Part shown: piece after piece, positions 50,070-63,543 of the stretch | Position numbering within the stretch: position 1 is the first letter of the stretch | How the letters are laid out: every line of letters starts with the position of its first letter | DNA from: Convolutriloba macropyga | Taxonomy: Eukaryota | Direction: 5' to 3' | DNA length: 64,000 nt | Assembly: GCF_964194025.1 (NCBI RefSeq) | Contig: NC_134476.1 | Location: forward strand, 48,174,001-48,238,000 | Made by a program: the position numbers and the translations under genes | Notes under the pieces: model-generated | What the model saw: only the letters and a program-made list of their open reading frames with translations | What the model was told of the DNA's origin: nothing | Databases searched by the model: none

Positions 50070-52340
50070 GTGTCATTGCATATTTTGATCATCTGAATTT
50101 TCAAGAGCTTATTTGTCTGCATTGCGGACCAAAGCAAAATTTACAAGTACTTTTTTGTTCTGGTTGTTATTGCAATCCCAAGCTTTAAAAAAAACTTACT
50201 AGATAATTCGAAAATAACAGATTTAATCCGAAAACCTATCGCTACTGAACGAAATTGCATGACTGGAAAGAAGTAGTGCTGTAAATTTATCGAAACGATC
50301 CAAAATTTGTTCCAAGTTGCCATTAGATGTTTGATTCTTCTATATCGCTAAAATAGTGGGAAACAACTGTGTGAAATGTTTATTACTTAATAAATTTACT
50401 AAAGACTAATAATGCAAAGAAGAAAAGTACTGTAACCCAATTCGCTCCACAAAATGTTTAATGATCAATTGATAGCAACTGATTTTTACAGATCTTTTTA
50501 CAGAGGAAAAAAAAGATACAGAGGTTATTCTCAGCCCAGTTTTTATGGAAAAATTTCCTCGTTATTTTTTTTTGAAGTCTTCCTTTCTAGTTAATGTTGT
50601 AGAAAATTTTTTTTTGTTTTGGAGGATTTTTTTTGGTTAGAAATCCAGTTCTATACCAAAATTTGAGTCTCTGCGCTGCTTATCGAATCTCTGGCACCAT
50701 AACCATAGACCTTTCGGCACATTGAAAAACGTAATAGTTGCGCAAGTCGACATCAAACTTTCCTGACACTATGCTGCTAAAAAGTGGAAGATCTTTTAGG
50801 ATTTTAAAAGTAGAGTGGCGGCATTATGTTGCTATCAACAATAGCTTCTTTGTAACAATTTCTGTTTTTCATCCATTTCATGTTCTTTTTAATAAAGCGC
50901 TCTAAAATTTGACACTGGTTTCGCTTTAGTTCCCAGCATTCAGATGCTAATATTAATGTCGGGCTTGTAATAGCTCTATATATGTGCACCTTTGTTTTCA
51001 TGGAAGTATGGAAGCTGGTGTTTCTTCGAATTATATGAAACGCCTTCATTTTCGCCAATATTCGATTCCGGGTCTTTCACATTATAGCCCCTCATGAAAT
51101 TCTATCCCCCCATTATGGTATAATTACCATGTTTTTTTGGGGGGACGGCTCTAGAATATCTGACCACTAAGCTGGGGGGGGGGGGGGGGGGGCTATAATG
51201 GGGAAGACCCCGATTACGCTTGTTTTCCGTCCAATTTAGGGTGTCGACTATACTAAGCTCAAGATCTTTAACGACTCTCTTCTCTTGAATCAAATTATTT
51301 CCAAGAGAGAGTACAACCTACTCGAGATGTCTCCCGAGAGCAAATTGTGTAAAAGAGCACATTTTGTAATTGAAAAGGAGGCATTTTTGGACACTCCAAT
51401 TGTGGAGGTTGTTTAGGTCAACTTGCAGATTGTCTAAGACTGTCATTTATGGAACAATGGATTGGATCATCTGTGAACAAGAGTGCCAGAGACGAAAAGA
51501 CTTTATTTGGCAGGTCGTTATTGTAGATTAGGCAAAGAATAGGTTCAAATACAGAGCCTTGAGGAACTCCGCAAGAGACCAGACGTTTCTCAGATTGGTA
51601 GACGTCAAAATATGCATATTGCATATTTTGATCATCTGAATTTTTCCAGAGCTTATTTGCCTGCATTGCAGACCGAACGAAATAAGTCGAATCAAAGGTC
51701 TGCGAAAAGCACAACGACGGAATCACAGAACAGATATTGTCAAAAAATTTATAAGTAGTTTTTTAGTTTGCCTCATATTGCTATCCCAATTTTCACAGAA
51801 GTATTTGCAGAGTAATTCAAAAATGGACAGAGTTGATCCGCAGCTCTATCGAAACAACAAAATCCCATAGCTGGAAAGAAGTTCTAAAAATTTCTCGAAA
51901 CGATCCGAAGTTTGCTCCAAGTTGTCTTTAGATATTTTATTTTTCTATATCGCTGAAATAGCGGGAAGGAACTGTGTAAAATTTTTACTTAATAAACTAA
52001 TGATTGACACATCTGAGTCTTTTGTGCTGTAGAGAAAAGTACTGTAACCCAATTCGCTCAACAAAATGTTTAATGATCAATTAATAGCTATTTGATCGTT
52101 TTCACCAAAACCCGAGGCACGACAATCTGCTTTAGGGGGTTATGGTTGGTTGGGAGCACAGACGTAAATGCGCAAACAAAACTAACAATCAAGCTGCAAT
52201 TTTTCCAGTAACCAACAATATTCCCTGTAACAATTCACGCACCTTGAGCTGACAGAAGTTGAGCTGCATCACAAGATGGAAGATCTAAGGCAGTATGTGC
52301 GCTACTACCTCCTGTCAACTGCGATCTACACCTTTCTATA
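50070..52340 (-). mobile_element. Decayed CR1/L2-group LINE RT, with partial duplicate 50070-50480 vs 51620-52090
   Basis: SCGVPQGSVFEPILCLIYNNDLP..LLFTDD; KVHIYRAITSPTLILASECW. Confidence 0.8.
51070..51210. mobile_element. 141-bp MITE inserted in the LINE
   Basis: TIR GGGTCTTtcaCATTATAGCCCC / GGGGCTATAATGgggAAGACCC; flanking CGATT(C/A)C duplication. Confidence 0.7.
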
Positions 52341-53063
52341 CTACCTAGTTGCAGCAAGGTTAGTTCGATTCTCACTTTAAATTCATCAAATAATTGAATT
52401 TGTTATATTAAAATATGGGAGTCTATTCTGGTTTGTTATCCATTATGCATGTTTTTTTTTTCTGCCTGGAATTAAGCGATGACAGCCTCGAATGTTTGAG
52501 ATCGCTTCGAATTCGTACATATAAGCGTTGGTAAATCCGTCAATTGTTGTTTATATTTTTTCTTTTCGTTCTTCAAAGAACTTTTAATATTTTTTTGACT
52601 ATAACCGTCGGGTTAAATATCCACATGCCTTCAAATATTAAATAAATTAGTCGCAGTATCAGTATTGTTATTATTATAATAATCTTCAATTATTATAAAA
52701 GTTCAATTTCCGCCCCCACGCACCCGACCAGACCGATGCAGTGTGAAAGCCTTGATCGGACGGGGTCTGAATTGATGTGAGTAAAGAGGTCTATTTTTGT
52801 TAACTGATTCCATATTTTTTAAAATCTCCACCCGAATTAAATAATGCCCGTCAAGCATTCTTAAAGCAGATCCATGCAACATGTATTTTGGGAAGAGGCT
52901 TGGCTCTAAAACGGAGTCAAATGTTTCATGACATTTCCTTTCTAAAGTTTCGCCACTTTTCAAGTCTATTTTCAAGTCTTATCACTCTATTCAACTTTTG
53001 AAGTGAAAGTTAGACTTTTAATTTTCAATTGGTTTGTCGCAGTTACATCATTGAAAGTTCTGG

Positions 53064-53666
53064 ATGGGTGATGACAGGTACGAAAATCAATATTCGAGGG
53101 AAGTTTTCTCGGAAGCCTATTTTTTGAAGTTCCGATGTCTGGAGGCGATGTTCAAAGACTTGATCCAAAAGGTGTACTTTATTTTCTGGAACAGAAGACT
53201 TCCAAATCGACGAGATTTCGAACTCCTAAATATGTTTGTGACACAACCGAAACATTTACGACACGCTGTTTGCTACAAGGTCTTAACCCATCTATTGAAA
53301 TTGCAAGATAGAAACGATTTGAAACATGAATATTACAGTAAGATCAAGTACTTCCTACGGAAGTTTGTACGCATTATTGGTGTCCGTTATCGTTCCAAGG
53401 AACAACTCAATATTTCAAGACTTTCGGTGAACCCTAATTTTTTGACGAGCACTCGACATGGATCTCTGGAAAATATAAACAAGTGTGATGGAAAGCAAAA
53501 ACTGTTGATAGCCGAGGGTGATGTGTTAGAAGGGTTCATCCGCATTTCAAAGATTGTAAGAAAATTAACAGGAGTAGCGAAGCGGGGCAAAAAGCGATAC
53601 AAACGAGTGTCGAGCTGGGATAGCAGAGCACTAAATGAGTACATCCGAAATGGCCGGAAAACTTGA
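53064..53666 (+). CDS. Intronless 200-aa basic orphan ORF, no recognisable domain
   Basis: ATG-to-TGA ORF of 603 nt, unusually long for this AT-rich context. Confidence 0.45.
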   Translation: MGDDRYENQYSREVFSEAYFLKFRCLEAMFKDLIQKVYFIFWNRRLPNRRDFELLNMFVTQPKHLRHAVCYKVLTHLLKLQDRNDLKHEYYSKIKYFLRKFVRIIGVRYRSKEQLNISRLSVNPNFLTSTRHGSLENINKCDGKQKLLIAEGDVLEGFIRISKIVRKLTGVAKRGKKRYKRVSSWDSRALNEYIRNGRKT

Positions 53667-56600
53667 ATTTTTTTTTGAAAATGAAAAACCGTAGCCTTAA
53701 TAATGGTTTCAGTTGTAAGTTTTTCCAAAAAAATTTTTTAGTGCTAGTTTCCATAGTGATCTATTCAGAATGTTTTGCGCCTGGCATAATTTGTATGCTC
53801 ATGTTACTATGATGAACAATAGAGCACGTATTTAATCTTGCACAGATCACTTTTTGACCATAGCTCGTTTTTCGCTAATTTTTTCTTGATGCCCTCAATT
53901 TGCAGCGGACCTCACTTGCAGGTATCGTTTGGGAGAGAAGTACCCCGACCCTAGTGCCATAGTGAAACAGTGCTGATTTATCATTTACCATGTGCAAAAA
54001 AAGCCAAATTAAGGCTACTTCAAAGTATTCTTAGGCTTTCTGTTTTTCAAATTCTGCAGAATAAACCCAGAAGTATATATTAATGATCATAGTAAAATAC
54101 AGACTGAGAAATTATGTGATTCAGCGCTGAATTACTATGTTACTATGATCTGGGTAAGTGCCGTACAGTTGTATATAATGCAGTACAATAGTATAAAATT
54201 GAAAGTACTTTGCAGATATGAGTCTAAAACTGTAACATATTTGTGTTTTCCTTAAGATTTTCGGCCGTTTCTCGCGAATTGCTTTCAGTCAAGACTCAGA
54301 TTCGTATTCGAGACCACGACCGGCTTTCTCAAGTGATACTCACAGTGACACATACAGTGAAGCTGAGGCTGTGAATGATCAAGACAAATCAAAGACGCCC
54401 CTATCGCCCTATGATAATGATGATGACGAGGGCAGTTATGTGTTGCGGATGGGAAGTGAGAGAGAAATTGACTCTGAGTTTTATTCCACTTTTGATAATC
54501 CGCTGAAGGGGAAGCAGAACGTGACTAGCGATATGGTTATTTGAAAGTTCTGACTTTCAGAGAGACAATGAGACCAATTCAATTTTGGAATTTGTTCCTG
54601 AAATGGAAATATACTAGGGATTGTTGGCTAACTTTGCAATTTAGTTTTTTCGATATTTGACCGGTGCGTCTCTTATTCGATTTGTTTTTGTTTTGTTTTT
54701 GCGTGGAAAATTTGTTTTTATTTTGAACCCATTTTTACCTATTTATTGCCAGGCCAAAATTTTTAGAACCTTACGAATGACATTTTTCTTGACAGCAGCT
54801 CCAATTGGCTGTTGTTGGGATTTGAAAAATATTCAAGATTTTTTAGATTCACTCAATTTGGAATTTTCTTGATGGTTGACGGTGAAAGGTATTAACGTAA
54901 GCACTAAATTTGGTGTCGAGTCATGAATGTTACCGTATTGTGTCTGAATTAAGACAAGCTAGGGTAATCAGAGAAGCTGGATATGAATGATCAGTGCTCA
55001 GAAGTTCAGTGATAATTGATCACATGAAAGCAGTTTTATAAGCACTCAAAAATTGTTGAGTAAAATTTTCTTAAAAATCAACATTTTTCCTCGATATAAC
55101 GCCAGTAAATGGACGATTATGCTCGTTGGAGTTTTCTGATAGCAGGAGCCTGGTTTATTTGGAAATATTCCTATTATTTTTATATTCCAATTATTATTTG
55201 CTTGCTATTTTTCTGCATACTGTTTCTTTCAATGTTATAAATTCTGTTTCGGATGGGTTTTAAATAATGTGCGTATTTTTTGTATTTTTGAAAATGATTT
55301 TAAGTTGACTATAGGAACCATTATTTGGGCAACTATAGTTCAGCAAAACGGTTTAATTGCTTGCGAACAAAACTCGGAGTAATTTTTTAAACGTGTGCCT
55401 TCTTTGTGCGTGGAGAGATTTAATTTCTCGGGTTAAATTCACGCTTCATTTCCTCATTTTTGTGTGATCTAAATTGCGTTGATTCCGAAGTTTATTCTGT
55501 TGCTAACGCAAAACCCATTGTAAGCAAGTATATAAATTGTACGTACGCACAGGTAGTTCTGAGGCCGGAATTGGGTAATCGGTAAGGTCGGATTTTGTCG
55601 TCCTGAGAGGGCGGGTTGGAAACCCACCAAAGATGTATTTTTGCGCACATTTAAATTCTCTAGCTTGTTCCAAATAGTTTTTGGTCTTTACTTAGGCTAC
55701 CTATCTGAATTAAATGATCGCTTTTGTCGTTTGAGAGGAATTTGTCCGAAGTTAATTGGTTAATTTTTTTGTTTGCTTTTCTTGCACCAAAATCTGTTAT
55801 TAAGAATCTTTGGATGGTACTAAGTATTTTGGATGGTAAAATTCCAAGTCTATTGTTTTCTCGTTCATTTTGTCAATATGAACCGTGTAATAACCGGGTA
55901 AAGAAAAGGAAGTTTAATTCAATTTTCATGTCCTTGCTGAGCGTTTGGTATACAAGAAAATACGTTTCTAAAACCCCCCGCGTGGTTTTTGTCTAGTGGG
56001 CAATGAATTTTCAGAAAAAAGTTATGTCGAATATTGTCTTATGTTCACATAATAGAGTTCTGGGCTGATATCCAATCTCCCTGTCGCATCTATTATCCGA
56101 AAAACGATTTAAAAAGAGGCTTGTTTTAGATCAAATTTGTTGCCAAATACTCTAAAGTTCAGAGTAAATAGCATTTTCTATAGAATTGAAATTGAAATTT
56201 TGTTTTGACATATTTTAGACATTACACTTATTTGGCAAGTTCAATATTTAAGACAATTTTCGATTTTAACAATTTTCGGACCAATCTGGTGGCTTTCCTT
56301 GTAGTTTTCTTATACTTGAGACTTAGCTTGTAACCATTTTGCGTTTTTTCGCTGCTGTCGCTTTATCATTTTCACCTCATAATCAGATTTTTTTTTCAAA
56401 TTTTAAGGTTGGATCCAACAGTTTATTCCTTGTATCTATCATTCATTAAATTTATGTAATGATGGAAGTCAGATCTTTCCACTAATTAGGTAATCGATGA
56501 AGAGGGAAAGAACAGAGCGAAAGCAAATACACCACAATACCAGGAAGGAAGTGAAGCGAAGTTGAGGTAAAATGAGGCAGCATTTTTCATAAGTTTAATT

Positions 56601-57249
56601 TATTTAATTGAGATCTTGGTGAAAAACAGACTTAAATTTTCAAGTCTGATCAACTGTATGAGCTGGCTATTAGTAAGATAATAGATAATTACTCGAGATT
56701 ATGTGTTATTATAGCTGCGAAGCTGAGCGTAGCCATCTTGAGTTGATCTTGGTTTTTGTTTCGTCGTCTGACGTTCTTTTTTCTTTTGCATTTTTCAGCT
56801 GCAAACTCCAAAAGCAATTTTGTTGATCTTTTCATGTCGCTATTTTAGTGTTGTTATGTGCATGACGTAATTTCTTAAACTAATTGGCGTGAAATTTAAG
56901 CTGAACTGTGTGATTTTTTGATATTTTTTTATCATAACTAATTTACCTCGCTCTCTAATTGACTTCTAATTTTATTAAGGTCACTTAAGATCACTCTAAC
57001 ACTATCAAGGTCAATATAGGGACTCCTATTTAAAGTTCAATGTTTTTAATAAATCATGGTGACCGAAGTAAAATCTCGAATTTGATTTTGGAAAGAAATT
57101 CGTTGTTTAAAACGTTTGAAAAAGGTTGGTAACTGCATCAAACCATTTCTATATCTGTTGCTATCCATATTCTACACCACGCAAGTTTGTTTCGCAGCTA
57201 TTTCGGCAATGTGCCGTCTTTGTTTTTTTCAGTCAATTTAATTAATTAA

Positions 57250-57882
57250 AGAAAGCCATTTAAAAATTTTACCTTTGTTGAACGGATTAGACCACGCTCT
57301 CTCGAACCTGGACCGTCCAAACCAAGATCTCAAAGTGCATCACCGGAGGAAAGCGGAGACAATGAGAGCAGTGGAAGCGAATCATCTGCTGAAGGATTTA
57401 TAAAAATTGCCAAAGTATTCAAGAGAGGAAGCAGAAAACACCGTAAGGTTCCAAAACGAACATCCACGGGAACTCGAAGCGTTCCGAAAAAAGAGGAAAA
57501 TCCTGACAAAAGCTCTAAGTCTCTGAAAAAGGAACAGGTTTATGCGGCTCAAGTAAGGTCGTACAAAGAACCAGGAGCACTAGGAATTGCGGAAATCGAG
57601 AAGTTTCACCAGGAGGCTCAGTACTGGACACATGAACCGAGAACTGGCAGGACTAGCATTCAGGGCAGAATGTCGGCTTTGTTCAAGAGGACGTTTAAAA
57701 TTGAAAACAAAGAGGTTAAGTTCCATTATAAGGAATTAGTTTCAAATTTTCATTTGTGGAATTATTCACAACTTTTTCGGGACGTGGAACACGATAAATT
57801 TGTTATCAGTGATGTCAAAGTACTTCTGAGTGAAATGTACTTTCCGGATATGACCGTTTTGGATATGACCGATAAGGATTGA
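57250..57882 (+). CDS. 210-codon open frame (probable terminal exon of an orphan gene), copy 1
   Basis: Stop-free from 57250 to TGA at 57882; the ORF track shows only the last 70 aa; frame conserved in the duplicate. Confidence 0.45.
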   Translation, partial: RKPFKNFTFVERIRPRSLEPGPSKPRSQSASPEESGDNESSGSESSAEGFIKIAKVFKRGSRKHRKVPKRTSTGTRSVPKKEENPDKSSKSLKKEQVYAAQVRSYKEPGALGIAEIEKFHQEAQYWTHEPRTGRTSIQGRMSALFKRTFKIENKEVKFHYKELVSNFHLWNYSQLFRDVEHDKFVISDVKVLLSEMYFPDMTVLDMTDKD

Positions 57883-58091
57883 CCGTTTTTAAGAGTTTGG
57901 GCATCAATATTTCGTTGGCTAAATCGAAACATCAAATACTGCCGTTTTCAACGTATTTGAATTCCCCTCAAGTTAAAATTTTGCGAGCATTTTGAAAATT
58001 GAAGCCGAAATAGATTAGCACGCGTCGTTTTCAGGACTTGCAATATATTTCAAATCCATCCCGTCGTGTCATCGTTCACAATTTCACGTAA

Positions 58092-60130
58092 TTGTTCCGA
58101 CCCCACTTGTGGGGGGAGGAACTATATACTCAAATGGGTTTTTTTTCGTTCAGACAATTTTGGCCGATCGATATGATCATCGTAGAGAAATGTGAGTGGT
58201 ATCATTAAAAAGTTCGTCCAGCGTAGAATTCAAAACTGAAAAGATTTTTTTAATTTCGTTTTTTTTTTCGAGAAGATATCGAGTATCGGAGTTTTGTGTG
58301 AACACGGGGTATTTGACATGATTTTGTTCACTTCTAGTGTAATTTTTCATCAAATTAAGATATTTTTAATAGCCGCCCTCATCTTCTCAGCCGGCTATTA
58401 TAGCGCTCCTATTTTTTACAATTCAAAGAATATGAATTGTATTGGGGCGCTGTCTTTTTTTTAAGATCTGTTCACATAGTTTCATGATTTTTGATGTCAA
58501 ATTGGAGTAGTGATTTTGGTCACGCCGAAACAGGAAGTGGAGCGAAAAAGCGAGTGGTTTTGCGGCGTGAAAATTTTATGCTCTAAATTTAAAGTAGAGC
58601 GAGAAAACGGTGTTTGAACAAAAATTCGCTTTCTCGCTAGTGGTTTTTTGTTCACATGCGGCAATTTCACTTTGATTTTCTGTTTTTTCGATTTTTTGGA
58701 CCGGATTTTTTTCTAAATGGTTTTCCCAATCCATTCATAGTCCGTTCAAGGTCTAGTTTTCTGTTTAGTCAATGAAAATTCTTTGAATTGTACGTCAGGA
58801 CTTGTCCTGCTATGTTTTTTAACTTCGTCGAATAAAAAAATGTTTCGCTTTACCTCATTTTGCCGCCTTTTCAACATTTTGCGTGAAATCTTTTTGACTT
58901 CTCTAGGCTACTTTCTCTCTTCTCTCATTCTGCTAAAAGTGATTTTGAACATCAGTTGCTCAGCAAAGCAATTCAAAATGAACAGAGGTAGTACAAAAAT
59001 GGATGTAAGAAATAGAAACGGGATAAACCCATAAAGCCCAATTTTAGATGCCCGCTATTTGAACGTCGTTCCTATAAGTCTTATTTACCATCTCTAATGC
59101 TTATTGTTATTGATGGTAGCCCCTGTAGCCTCTCTCTAAGACAGAAGTATGAACAACCACGAAATGTCATCGAAATAAATCGGACTTAAAAAAATATTTT
59201 TGTACAAAAATCTTTTTTTTTCAATATCTTTTATTTCAATCCCAATCATGCTTATTGGAATCAACGGCGGCTAGTTTCCGGCAATCTGCCGGGTATGTTT
59301 ATAAATAGCCGCGTCCTCAATTCCAGGCGGCTATTATAGCGCTCCTAAATTTTTTACAATTCAAAGAATTTGAATTGTATTGGGGCGTCCTTTTTTTAAT
59401 CAATTTTATTGGAGTGAATTTTGAAGCGGGAAATGAAACGCGTGAAAAAATTTGGAGTGATTTTGTTGCTGAACAAAAAGAAGAGTATAGCGAAAAGAGA
59501 GTGGTTTTTTGTTCATATCGCTGTTTTCTAGAGAGCGAGAAATTGAGGTGTGAAAAAAATTTTGTAAAAGAGCGAAATTTTTTTTGTTCACGTGCGGCAT
59601 TTTAAAGCAGTTTTTTTTAATAGTTGTGCAATTTTTGCGCAATTTGTTTTACTTTTGTTTTGTTTTACTGCCTCAAATGGGCACTGAAAAGAGCCCTGTT
59701 ACTTCAGCAATTTTTAGTTTAGAAATGGCTGCAGTTTTGTTGATATAAAGCTGTTTTTTAAGATCTGTTCACGCATTTTCATAATTTTTGAATCCAAATT
59801 GGAGTAGTGATTTTGGTCGCGCCGAAACAGGAAATGAAGCGAAAAAGCGGGTGGTTTTGCGGCGTTAATTTTTTTCGCTCTAATTTAAAAGTGGAGTGAG
59901 AAAACGGTGTTTGAACAAAAATTCGCTTTCTCGCTAGTGGTTTTTTGTTCACATGCGGCAATTTCACTTTCATTTTTACTGTTTTTTTCAATTTTTTGGA
60001 TAGAATTTTTTTTCTAAATGGTTTTCCCAATCCATTCATAATCCGGTCTAGGTCTAGTTTTTTGTTTAGCCAATGAAATTTCTTTGAATTGTACGTCAGG
60101 ACGTCCTGCTATGTTTTTTTACTTCGTCTA
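58092..60130 (+). mobile_element. Helentron-type element 5' part with internal repeats (second copy starts ~63789)
   Basis: First ~190 bp homologous to 7607-7800 (TTGTTCCGACCCCACTTGTGGGGGGAGGAAC...); internal duplication ~58460-58830 vs 59755-60130; no 3' end found. Confidence 0.55.
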
Positions 60131-60345
60131 ACAGATTTTTGTTTTGTCTTACCCTGAGTTCTTGGAATGGACTTTTTCAATGACTTACCTCACTCAAAAA
60201 ATGACTTCTGAATTCACTTACGGAATTTTAAGTTTTATGAACATTTACTTATTAAAGGTCAATAGTGTGTATCTAAGTAGTGCCAAACATATGCCCTAAT
60301 TCTTGATTATTAGTCTTGAGTTTTTGATTTCGAATATTAATTTTG

Positions 60346-60505
60346 GGATCTTCTCCGTTTGTGCCCCCAGTATGTTATGCGCCCCCAGTTACTGAGCACG
60401 TGCTATTATATAGTAAGTCATTATGTAAAAATTATTGCACGTGCATCTGAGGGGTGCAAATAATATGCACCCACTAAGCTGAGGGGGCACAAACGGAAAA
60501 GACCC
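60346..60505. mobile_element. 160-bp MITE, 23-bp TIR, 8-bp TSD (Merlin/MULE-like ends)
   Basis: GGATCTTCTCCGTTTGTGCCCCC...GGGGGCACAAACGGAAAAGACCC flanked by TAATTTTG on both sides. Confidence 0.85.
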
Positions 60506-62910
60506 TAATTTTGAAAAGCCCTATTAGGGCTTTTTCCTTAGAGCTTATGTATCTCATAAAAATGACAGTCCAAAGCTAACCCAAAAAGTCTAGTGCTAGT
60601 GGTTTGTTAAAGGACTGGTGGTCGATCTGTCTATCTAATCTCTTTAGTTGTTTTTGATTCATGGAAGGCCCTAAGCTTCTATCGCGGCTATTTTCCGGCA
60701 ATCTGCCGGCTATATTTACAATATTAATTCAAAATTACATTTCACGCAACAAAATGCATCAGTTTTTAATTTCCAATAGACGAAAGGCGATAAAAAAGAC
60801 TAGTTCTGATCTCATAGGGAAGTTTACTATCAAAGAGCTCTTTTTTAGAAAAGTTTTTTGTATTTTTGTTTTCTTGAGTCACCTACAGACTAGTCATTTT
60901 TCATCTAGGTTCTGTTAATGAAAGGTTCATCTAGGTTCTGTTCATCTAGGCTTTAAAAAGATATTTCGAGATTTTTTTTTATTAACCAAAATAAACTTAT
61001 TTCCATGAATTGTAAGTCAGTCTCAATAATAACAGGACCCCTTCCTTTCTACTACAACAAAAATGATTCTTATTCGCTGTTTTATCTTCTAACTGTTCGT
61101 TATATGACTTCCATGCAAGAAGATTTCAAAAATTAAAAAAAACTTTTTGAATATTTTCTTATTATTGGTTCCTCTTGAAATCTTATCGCTTTAACTTGAT
61201 ATTGATATCTCCCATTGGCTTGGAGAATATTTTTTAGTGGATCATGGATAAAGTTTCCAGAGAAAAGTTTATGGTTTAAATGAGTTCGACAATTTCTTAT
61301 CGCACTTTTCTACTGAATTTTCTAGCTTGTTCCAAATAGTTTTTGGTCTTTACTTAGGCTACCTATCTGAATTAAATGATCGCTTTTGTCGTTTGAGAGG
61401 AATTTGTCCGAAGTTAATTGGTTAATTTTTTTGTTTGCTTTTCTTGCACCAAAATCTGTTATTAAGAATCTTTGGATGGTACTAAGTATTTTGGATGGTA
61501 AAATTCCAAGTCTATTGTTTTCTCGTTCATTTTGTCAATATGAACCGTGTAATAACCGGGTAAAGAAAAGGAAGTTTAATTCAATTTTCATGTCCTTGCT
61601 GAGCGTTTGGTATACAAGAAAATACGTTTCTAAAACCCCCCGCGTGGTTTTTGTCTAGTGGGCAATGAATTTTCAGAAAAAAGTTATGTCGAATATTGTC
61701 TTATGTTCACATAATAGAGTTCTGGGCTGATATCCAATCTCCCTGTCGCATCTATTATCCGAAAAACGATTTAAAAAGAGGCTTGTTTTAGATCAAATTT
61801 GTTGCCAAATACTCTAAAGTTCAGAGTAAATAGCATTTTCTATAGAATTGAAATTGAAATTTTGTTTTGACATATTTTAGACATTACACTTATTTGGCAA
61901 GTTCAATCTTTAAGACAATTTTCGATTTTAACAATTTTCGGACCAATCTGGTGGCTTTCCTTGTAGTTTTCTTATACTTGAGACTTAGCTTGTAACCATT
62001 TTGCGTTTTTTCGCTGCTGTCGCTTTATCATTTTCACCTCATAATCAGATTTTTTTTTCAAATTTTAAGGTTGGATCCAACAGTTTATTCCTTGTATCTA
62101 TCATTCATTAAATTTATGTAATGATGGAAGTCAGATCTTTCCACTAATTAGGTAATCGATGAAGAGGGAAAGAACAGAGCGAAAGCAAATACACCACAAT
62201 ACCAGGAAGGAAGTGAAGCGAAGTTGAGGTAAAATGAGGCAGCATTTTTCATAAGTTTTATTTATTTACTTGAGATCTTGGTGAAAAACAGACTTAAATT
62301 TCAAGTCTGATCAACTGTATGAGCTGGCTATTAGTAAGATAATAGATAATTACTCGAGATTATGTGTTATTATAGCTGCGAAGCTGAGCGTAGCCATCTT
62401 GAGTTGATCTTGGTTTTTGTTTCGTCGTCTGACGTTCTTTTTTCTTTTGCATTTTTCAGCTGCAAACTCCAAAAGCAATTTTGTTGACCTTTTCATGTCG
62501 CTATTTTAATGTTGTTATGTGCATGACGTAATTTCTTAAACTAATTGGCGTGAAATTTAAGCTGAACTGTGTGATTTTTTGATATTTTTTTATCATAACA
62601 AATTTACCTCGCTCTCTAATTGACTTCTAATTTTATTAAGGTCACTTAAGATCACTCTAACACTATCAAGGTCAATATAGGGACTCCTATTTAAAGTTCA
62701 ATGTTTTTAATAAATCATGGTGACCGAAGTAAAATCTCGAATTTGATTTTGGAAAGAAATTCGTTGTTTAAAACGTTTGAAAAAGGTTGGCAACTGCACC
62801 AAACCATTTCTATATCTGTTGCTATCCATATTCTACACCACGCAAGTTTGTTTCGCAGCTATTTCGGCAATGTGCCGTCTTTGTTTTTTTCAGTCAATTT
62901 AATTAATTAA

Positions 62911-63543
62911 AGAAAGCCATTTAAAAATTTTACTTTTGTTGAACGGATTAGACCACGCTCTCTCGAACCTGGACCGTCCAAACCAAGATCTCAAAGTGCA
63001 TCACCGGAGGAAAGCGGAGACAATGAGAGCAGTGGAAGCGAATCTTCTGCTGAAGGATTTATAAAAATTGGCAAAGTATTCAAGAGAGGAAGCAGAAAAC
63101 ACCGTAAGGTTCCAAAACGAACATCCACGGGAACTCGAAGCGTTCCGAAAAAAGAGGAAAATCCTGACAAAAGCTCTAAGTCTCTGAAAAAGGAACAGGT
63201 TTACGCGGCTCAAGTAAGGTCGTACAAAGAACCAGGAGCACTAGGAATTGCGGAAATCGAGAAGTTTCACCAGGAGGCTCAGTACTGGACACATGAACCG
63301 AGAACTGGCAGGACTCGCATTCAGGGCAGAATGTCGGCTTTGTTCAAGAGGACGTTTAAAATTGAAAACAAAGAGGTTAAGTTCCATTATAAGGAATTAG
63401 TTTCAAATTTTCATTTGTGGAATTTTTCACAACTTTTTTGGGACGTGGAACACGATAAATTTGTTATCAGTGATGTCAAAGTACTTCTGAGTGAAATGTA
63501 CTTTCCGGATATGACCGTTTTGGATATGACCGATAAGGATTGA
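62911..63543 (+). CDS. 210-codon open frame, copy 2
   Basis: Duplicate of 57250-57882 with a few substitutions and no frame break. Confidence 0.45.
   Translation, partial: RKPFKNFTFVERIRPRSLEPGPSKPRSQSASPEESGDNESSGSESSAEGFIKIGKVFKRGSRKHRKVPKRTSTGTRSVPKKEENPDKSSKSLKKEQVYAAQVRSYKEPGALGIAEIEKFHQEAQYWTHEPRTGRTRIQGRMSALFKRTFKIENKEVKFHYKELVSNFHLWNFSQLFWDVEHDKFVISDVKVLLSEMYFPDMTVLDMTDKD

Noticed and set aside
55655-55665. TCTAG at the duplication breakpoint as a Helitron terminus
   Set aside because: Flanks do not fit A|TC...CTRR|T and I found no convincing subterminal hairpin.
62701-63543. Stop-codon readthrough joining the 69-aa and 210-codon frames
   Set aside because: The other copy has an extra TAA in the upstream frame (~57130); splicing is the simpler explanation.
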